Below are positions 57,703 through 64,000 of a DNA stretch of 64,000 nucleotides, piece after piece; the stretch's first letter is position 1; each line of letters opens with the position of its first letter. The notes under the pieces were generated by a model that was not told the DNA's origin, did not search any database, and worked only from the letters and a program-made list of their open reading frames with translations. The position numbers were made by a program, and so were the translations under genes. Source of the DNA: Methanothrix sp. (lineage in GTDB: Archaea; Halobacteriota; Methanosarcinia; Methanotrichales; Methanotrichaceae); contig OY821645.1 in NCBI GenBank assembly GCA_963682135.1, forward strand, positions 1,792,001 through 1,856,000, given 5' to 3'.

Positions 57703-60700
57703 TTAATTCAATAATGTTGCATCAAGTTTTGTTATCGAACCTCCCTGGCTCTGCCATGCACTCCATGCAGTTCCATCCCAATTTCTCTGCCAAAGGGCAC
57801 CATCAGTCCCAATTGCATAGACTCCGACATTGCTTCCAGATGATACTGCATCAAGGTCTGTTATCGCGCCACCCAGGCTCTGCCAATCACTCCAGGCAAC
57901 ACCATTCCAATTTCGGTACCATAGGCCACCATCTCCACCGCGGGCGAAAACATAGACATTGCCACCAGATGATGTCGAATCAAGGGCAGTTATCGCGCCA
58001 CCCAGGCTCTGCCAATCACTCCAGGCAACACCATTCCAATTTCGGTACCACACGGCATCATCTCCACCACGGGCAAAGACATAGACATTGCCACCTGATG
58101 ATGTGGCATCAAGATCTGTTATCGCGCCACCCAGGCTCTGCCAATCGGCCCAGTTAACGCCATTCCAATTTCGGTACCATAAGGCATTATCACCACCAAT
58201 TCCGAACGCATAAACACTGCCTGCAGTAGATGTGGCATCAAGGTTTGTTATAATGCCTCCCAGGCTCTGCCAATCGGCCCAGTTAACGCCATTCCAATTT
58301 CGGTACCATAAGGCATTATCACCACCAATTCCGAACGCATAAACACTGCCCGCAGTAGATGTGGATTCAAGTTTTGTTATGATGCCTCCCAGGCTCTGCC
58401 AATCGGCCCAGTTAACGCCATTCCAATTTCGGTACCATAAGGCATTATCTCCACCAATTCCAAACGCATAAACACTGCCTGCAGTAGATGTGGCATCAAG
58501 GTCTGTTATGAAGCCACCCAGGCTCTGCCAAGCACCCCACGCACCTAGATTGAGCTGTTTGATCTGTAGGTCGTTACCGGTGCCTATTGCAGATATGGTC
58601 AATACTTCGGACAGCATCGCAGTGTTCGACCATCCCGAATATGCGGTCTTCTGGGGGAATCCCACTGCAGGAGCCGGATACACTGTGGTATCGCCCACCA
58701 CGTTAATAGCTCGCACCCTGTAGTAGTATGGTGTACCGGGAACTAGTGTGGTATCGGTGTATGTTACCACATTAGGCCCAACTGTGAATTCAGTCAGATC
58801 CACAGTGAATGCGGCATCCTTTGCTCTTTGAATGAAGAATCCGGTTTCGCTGATGGAATTGTCCACCCAGTTCAGAGTAGCAACCGGTGGTACTGTTCCG
58901 GATAATGCGACTACCAGATTAGAAGGAGCCCTTGGCGGCACCACAAAGGCCACAGCATGCATCATATCCATCTCTTCATGGGAGAGAAGATGGCAATGCA
59001 TCATGTACTCCCATCCAAAGTTGACGATATGATTGATCACCGTAACTGGTTCACCACTCGGGTCCTGGAATCCTAGCGGCCCTCCTTTGAGTTCAGCACC
59101 CTCCGGCATAGTCGGGTCTATCAACCGCTCACTGTTGGGAACTTCGAAAGGCTGCGTGGGCGCTATGGGCCTCAAAGCGATGATGGTGTCTTGCAGCGGG
59201 TTAACCCGGAATGTCTCCTTCCATCCCAGCTCATTGAGATCTGGCACACGAAGGGCATTGTCCCAGGCCACCCGGTTGATCAATTGGGCATTGAACAGGT
59301 GCACGTGTATGGTGTGCGTGTCCACTCCGTTATGGGTGATCTTCCAGATCTGGGTTCCATCTCCCAGCGATCCGATCTGAGTTCCATAGACCGAACCCTT
59401 GACAATCTCCAATGGTGGAGATGCAAAGGGATAGAGAAGCAGATTCTGATTGCCGGCTCCAGTGAATGGCACCTCCAAACCTAACAGGCCACTCATTCGT
59501 CCGTAGTCGGTCTCGAAGGCTTCACCCATCTCATCCTGGATGGCCTTCGGCTCGAAGGGAATAGTCACCGTCGAGCCGGCAAGTGTCTGGAATGTCTTGC
59601 TGTTCTCAAAAATCCTCGCATAAGGATCTGCTGCCAGATCCGTCCTGTCGTAGGCTGAGTTGTATTCCGCCTGCGGCACAATGATCTCGTCCTGGGATGC
59701 CTCGAAGACGCCCTTCTTATTGTTCACCGTGTCCTTGGCAAATACCGCCTGCAATTTGGTCAGATCGTAGGATTGCACGGGGGCGGCTGCTACCCGGATC
59801 TGCATGATGGTGCGCGTGTTGGGACCATAGCCTGCCTGGGTCGTAGGTGCGCCACCGGTATCAGTCTGATCCGGATGGTTGGTGTAGTAGTCATAGCGCG
59901 GATCGATTGCCGGGAAGGGTGCAGGAGCATCGTTGTACAATATGAGTGTTCTTCCGGCATATGCGGAGAAGTCTACTATGACATCCGCCCGTTCCGCCGG
60001 ACCCAGCAAGAGAGTTCCCTGGTTAACATTCCCGAAATCGAAGTTTGTTTGATCCCAGTTCCAGTTGACCGGCTGATTGGGCAGCACCACCGGTGCCGGC
60101 AAGAAGCCGCCTTCCGTTCCTATTTGAATGAAAGATGGGCCCGCTTTGGCTGGATCAGGCACACCGCCATCCCTTCCGTCTGTCGGCCAGTTTGCCGGCA
60201 AGCCTGCACAATTTGATGCAGGAATCATGCCAACCTCGGTCGGATTAGTGTAGACGGTTGCGGTTGCTGCAGCACCGCCTCCGACAGTATCCGTAATCGT
60301 AACCCCAGGCGCAGTATAACCGCTGCCCACAGTTAGCAGTTCGATGCCGGTAATTACGCCATTCACTACTGTCGCTTTAGCAGTTGCACCTTTTCCATTT
60401 CCGATAGTATCAGTTATGGTGACCTTTGGATCTACGTAATTGCTGCCCCCGCTCGTGACGGTTATACTGCTGATTATATTATTGGTCTCATAAATCTGCA
60501 GGTTGAAGAACCGGTCGTCGGCTGCATTCAGAATACGGAACCGATAAGCTTTGGGCTCTACCTCCAGGTAGGGATAGGCCATGCCGTTGACCACCGGAGT
60601 GTCTACGAAAGACTCCATGGCCATAGAGTTATGGGGCACGCCCGGAATCATTGGCGGCTCATTGGGGCCGGCATAGGGATTGGGGACTGGTCCGTGCGCA

Positions 60701-62871
60701 ATATCCGTTGTGGGCGGCCAGAACCATGGTCCATAATGCCAGCGGCCGAATGCATTCATGCCTCCGATATCCCAGGGATTTTGGTTTGTCATATAGACAT
60801 GAGGCATCCAGAGGTCGCCGGTATTGGCATTCAGAATTTTTCCCGTATCTGGATCTCTGGCAGCTGTCCCCCAGTTCCAGGTGGGGTCCTGGGCTGCAAT
60901 GGTCGTTGCATCGACAAAGGTCTTGTCCTGAATGACCAGGGGAATTCCTACATCAGGAAGGACTTTAACCGGCGGATTGAGGTTGATTCCGGCAAGGTTG
61001 GTGCCGTCTATCATATCCTTCTCAACCTGGTCGGTTATCAAGTACCCGGCTGCTTCTCCAGCATAGACATTGATCCGAGTGATACCATAGGAATGATCAT
61101 GGTAAAACATCAGCCTGGCGCTCTGCTGGTTGTTATAGTAGAAGGTCATCGATCCGTCGCCTGGATCAGGCATGTCCGGAACATTGCGCATGCTGACGCC
61201 TTTGGGGTAGGAGGTGGTCTCTCCGGCAGGAGTTATCCACTGATGAGGCGTTCCATCGCTAATCCATGGAACATAGCCGCCGTGCAGATGTACTGTGGCA
61301 CGGTTCTGGGTATAAAGCTCCATGATGTGGCCTATGGTTACGACCGCAGGTGCTGGATTTGTCTTGAGCTTGATCTGGAATTTATTCGCAGTCAAACCCG
61401 TGCCCAACACACGGTACTCTCCATTGTAAGCATCCGGTACAAAGCCGTGTAACATAATCAATTGCCCCTGAGCAAGGTTATGAGGCATCATTGTCATGAC
61501 CTCGACTACAGCTCCGCCTACTGGCGTCACCGTATTGGCCATAATCATGTCGGGACCCATTCCAGCACCCATAACCGTTGTGTCCACTGGCAGGAATAGG
61601 TCGCCGCCCTCGCCCTTGGCAAGCAGGTTAAAGAATTTGATGCGCACCGGACGGTCCCTCTGGGAGACTATGATGGGACCCATGTACTGAGGATTTGTCA
61701 CGGCAATAGCCGGAGTGCTGTCGGGTTTCAGGATAGGATTGTTGTTCGCATCCAGCAACGCAACGCCAGCTCCAGGAACTACTGGGGTAGCCAGCTGCAC
61801 ATAACCCCTCAGCCTGGTCGCAGGAAGATTGGTATGCATCTTCTGGCTGTACTCAACCAATGCAATCTCATAATAATCACACCCAAAGAGCGTGACTGCT
61901 GTGATGACGCCACCTACCACCGTTGCCTTTCCAATGGCATGTGTCGCCGCCCCACCACCTCTGAATGTAATGGTCGGATTGGCAGAATATCCGCTCCCAC
62001 CACTGTCGATGGTGACACTAGAAACTGTATCACCGGTCAAATGGGCAGTGGCTGCAGCACCTGTGCCGGTCCCATCAGTGATCTCAATTGTGGGAGCAGA
62101 TGTGTAGCCTTTTCCACCAGGTGGATAAGTTGCCTGATCTGGAGTGGCCTGAATAAGATTCGGTAGCGTATCAACGAACTTTCTAATTCCACCGGTTAGA
62201 GCGCCACCTAATATTGCTGTAGCTGTTGCGCCAGTGCCCGGACCGGCCGCATCAATAATGGTAACTAGAGGTGCAGTGTAACCGCTGCCTGATGAACCGG
62301 GATTTATGTTGATGCTTGTAATAACACCACCAATAGCCGTTGCGGTAGCCGCAGCTCCTGAGCCAGTACCGTAGACGTCTGAAATTACAGCAATGGGACT
62401 GACATAACCGCTGCCTCCATTTGTCAGAGTGATACTGGCAATAGAACCAGTAGGCATGGGGCTGTTGGCATAGTTAGGATAGGGGCCGAAGTAGTGAGGA
62501 ATGCCGCCTGGGTCAAACGCGGGTGTTATCGTAGGCGCAACGCCTGGGGCAGCCTCACGGGCCAGGGCCATAGCCTCTTCACGAGCTGCTTTGTTGCGTT
62601 GTGCCGCAGCTTTCCTCTCCGCAGGCAATTGCATCCTCATTTTGAGAGATTGCCTTGCATCGAAGGTAACATTTTCATCTAAATTCGGGCTATCCGATGA
62701 ATTGAGAGCAATGCTGTTTAATTCAATGCTCTCATTGGCAGCACTGCCATTTAAAGACAATATGGCAAGCAGCATTCCTGCCAGAAATAATATTGCAGCA
62801 GCTTCAAGAAAAGAGAACCTCTCTTTGAATTTGCATTTGGCCGATTTATTACGAAAGTCCATATCAATCAT
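57703..62871 (-). CDS. Large secreted multicopper oxidase with inserted Ig-like repeats, Fn3 domain and 7-blade lectin-like propeller
   Basis: Cu motifs VHLHGG, FYHDH, HTIHVHL and HCHLLSHEEMDMM; Fn3 (APSNL...W.DNS..ETGF...YYYRVRA); seven WQS(L/Q)GG repeats. Confidence 0.9.
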   Translation of the reverse strand: MIDMDFRNKSAKCKFKERFSFLEAAAILFLAGMLLAILSLNGSAANESIELNSIALNSSDSPNLDENVTFDARQSLKMRMQLPAERKAAAQRNKAAREEAMALAREAAPGVAPTITPAFDPGGIPHYFGPYPNYANSPMPTGSIASITLTNGGSGYVSPIAVISDVYGTGSGAAATATAIGGVITSININPGSSGSGYTAPLVTIIDAAGPGTGATATAILGGALTGGIRKFVDTLPNLIQATPDQATYPPGGKGYTSAPTIEITDGTGTGAAATAHLTGDTVSSVTIDSGGSGYSANPTITFRGGGAATHAIGKATVVGGVITAVTLFGCDYYEIALVEYSQKMHTNLPATRLRGYVQLATPVVPGAGVALLDANNNPILKPDSTPAIAVTNPQYMGPIIVSQRDRPVRIKFFNLLAKGEGGDLFLPVDTTVMGAGMGPDMIMANTVTPVGGAVVEVMTMMPHNLAQGQLIMLHGFVPDAYNGEYRVLGTGLTANKFQIKLKTNPAPAVVTIGHIMELYTQNRATVHLHGGYVPWISDGTPHQWITPAGETTSYPKGVSMRNVPDMPDPGDGSMTFYYNNQQSARLMFYHDHSYGITRINVYAGEAAGYLITDQVEKDMIDGTNLAGINLNPPVKVLPDVGIPLVIQDKTFVDATTIAAQDPTWNWGTAARDPDTGKILNANTGDLWMPHVYMTNQNPWDIGGMNAFGRWHYGPWFWPPTTDIAHGPVPNPYAGPNEPPMIPGVPHNSMAMESFVDTPVVNGMAYPYLEVEPKAYRFRILNAADDRFFNLQIYETNNIISSITVTSGGSNYVDPKVTITDTIGNGKGATAKATVVNGVITGIELLTVGSGYTAPGVTITDTVGGGAAATATVYTNPTEVGMIPASNCAGLPANWPTDGRDGGVPDPAKAGPSFIQIGTEGGFLPAPVVLPNQPVNWNWDQTNFDFGNVNQGTLLLGPAERADVIVDFSAYAGRTLILYNDAPAPFPAIDPRYDYYTNHPDQTDTGGAPTTQAGYGPNTRTIMQIRVAAAPVQSYDLTKLQAVFAKDTVNNKKGVFEASQDEIIVPQAEYNSAYDRTDLAADPYARIFENSKTFQTLAGSTVTIPFEPKAIQDEMGEAFETDYGRMSGLLGLEVPFTGAGNQNLLLYPFASPPLEIVKGSVYGTQIGSLGDGTQIWKITHNGVDTHTIHVHLFNAQLINRVAWDNALRVPDLNELGWKETFRVNPLQDTIIALRPIAPTQPFEVPNSERLIDPTMPEGAELKGGPLGFQDPSGEPVTVINHIVNFGWEYMMHCHLLSHEEMDMMHAVAFVVPPRAPSNLVVALSGTVPPVATLNWVDNSISETGFFIQRAKDAAFTVDLTEFTVGPNVVTYTDTTLVPGTPYYYRVRAINVVGDTTVYPAPAVGFPQKTAYSGWSNTAMLSEVLTISAIGTGNDLQIKQLNLGAWGAWQSLGGFITDLDATSTAGSVYAFGIGGDNALWYRNWNGVNWADWQSLGGIITKLESTSTAGSVYAFGIGGDNALWYRNWNGVNWADWQSLGGIITNLDATSTAGSVYAFGIGGDNALWYRNWNGVNWADWQSLGGAITDLDATSSGGNVYVFARGGDDAVWYRNWNGVAWSDWQSLGGAITALDSTSSGGNVYVFARGGDGGLWYRNWNGVAWSDWQSLGGAITDLDAVSSGSNVGVYAIGTDGALWQRNWDGTAWSAWQSQGGSITKLDATLLN
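57715..58600 (-). repeat. Intragenic tandem repeat, ~7 units of 129 bp (43 aa)
   Basis: CAGGCTCTGCCAATC recurs with 129-bp spacing (e.g. 58261, 58390). Confidence 0.93.
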
Positions 62872-63225
62872 CCATCTTATACTGAATTATTCGTAAGTCA
62901 TTTCCACCTATAGGATCAATAAATTAACATTAATCTATCTTTGAAATTTTGAAATACCTCCCCTTCCTTGAAATCGTAGATACATAAACTAAATATCTTT
63001 TTGAAGTATTTAAATATGTAGGAAAGATACCTCCTAAAAACAGTATATTAGTAATAACGAATGTCAGATAACGTAGAACCTAATGCAAGAGCAAAACATA
63101 ACTAAAAAAAGGGAAAAGCGAATGCAGAGAATTGGGAATATAACGAAAAATTGGTATAATCTAAATAAAAATGCAATCGCGATTAGCCATCAGAATGCAG
63201 CCACCGCCTTTCACCGGCTTTCTGA

Positions 63226-63999
63226 TCAAAAGTCGAAGAGCGACCTCTGCCCATCTTTCTTGCCTTCCGCCCCGGCAGCTTGCGCCAGCCCAACCTCCCC
63301 GTACTTGCCCCCGCCACCGGGTTGCACCTTTACCCTGCCCATGCGAAAGTTTTGGATGGCTTCGATAACTCTCGGCTCGGCCTTCAGCTCGGCAAGATCG
63401 ATTTCCATTAAAACCTCAATCTCCGTTCTCGACTGCGTCAGCTCGCTCCAGCTTTTTTGCACGCCGGCTGTCATGACACTCTTGTGACCCAGGGCCAGAG
63501 CAATGATCTCGGCCAGAGGAATCGTATGCAAGTAAGGCGGCCGATGGGTAGGATGCACAGGCTTCTCATAATCAGCCAGAAGATTCACCCGGTCAGACAC
63601 TCCCAGCTTGATTCGCCCCCCACAATCCGGACAGCGCCCCATCAGTTCGTCCTTTTGGGTGAGGGAGTACTGCCGATAGCAGCGTGTGCATGCGGTGCGA
63701 TTGTACTTTCCTTCCTCTGGGAAGAGGCCCACATTCTTTATGGGGCGCCGTCCGCCCTCACGCTTGATGGCGAGGATGAGATCCTGATAGCTGAAAGAAA
63801 CAAGCTCCATCTGGTTGAATTCCCTGGCCAGCTTATTGGAGCGGGGAGAATGGGCATCGGAGTTGGAGAGAAAGGTCCGGGTGGACAGATCTGCGATCCT
63901 GTCTGCATAGTCTGTGTCCGCAGAGAGGCCCAGCTCGATGAACCGGATCTGCTGCGCCTTATCCTGGTAACACTCTGCTATTGAGCCAAAGTAAGCAAA
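63226..63999 (-). CDS. Endonuclease Q family (PHP-domain, TIGR00375-like), 5' part outside the window
   Basis: Frame open to the window edge: IELGLSAD...FLSNSDAHSP...AREFN...GKYNRTAC..C...CPDCGG..KLGV..R...PGGGGKYG. Confidence 0.9.
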   Translation of the reverse strand, partial: FAYFGSIAECYQDKAQQIRFIELGLSADTDYADRIADLSTRTFLSNSDAHSPRSNKLAREFNQMELVSFSYQDLILAIKREGGRRPIKNVGLFPEEGKYNRTACTRCYRQYSLTQKDELMGRCPDCGGRIKLGVSDRVNLLADYEKPVHPTHRPPYLHTIPLAEIIALALGHKSVMTAGVQKSWSELTQSRTEIEVLMEIDLAELKAEPRVIEAIQNFRMGRVKVQPGGGGKYGEVGLAQAAGAEGKKDGQRSLFDF

Positions 64000-64000
64000 A

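Noticed and set aside
1-64000. tRNA, rRNA or structured ncRNA genes
   Set aside because: No cloverleaf or rRNA-like segment was recognised by eye in the intergenic regions; a tRNAscan/Infernal run would be needed to exclude small RNAs.

Overview
Archaeal genomic DNA, most consistent with a Methanothrix/Methanosarcinales-type methanogen (inferred from an AglH-like transferase, EndoQ, TATA-like promoters and the IS types; not confirmed by a search). Positions ~1-50.4 kb are a large surface-glycosylation island with three parallel lipid-carrier routes: (i) UppP/AglH/Wzz/Wzx/Wzy-like, (ii) Wzm/Wzt ABC with a coiled-coil methyltransferase and a double GT4, and (iii) a GtrABC/Arn-like single-sugar system (GT2s, EamA/SMR flippases, GT-C-like membrane proteins, and NAD-epimerase/TIM-barrel/FAD enzymes). 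The island carries an intact IS481 and IS1634, a nested IS pile-up at 13.8-16.9 kb (a 31-bp-TIR element with a DUF1670-like ORF, IS256, IS1) and IS630/gmd remnants. Positions ~44-63 kb hold large secreted proteins (beta-helix protein, C25 peptidase, metzincin, multicopper oxidase). These share swappable modules: a 7-blade WxSLGG/GGDNALW lectin-like propeller, a GDWNGDG repeat (also in two genes earlier in the window) and an undescribed beta-rich N-terminal domain. The leading hypothesis is a glycan-plus-lectin-tag surface display system. The window ends inside an EndoQ gene.
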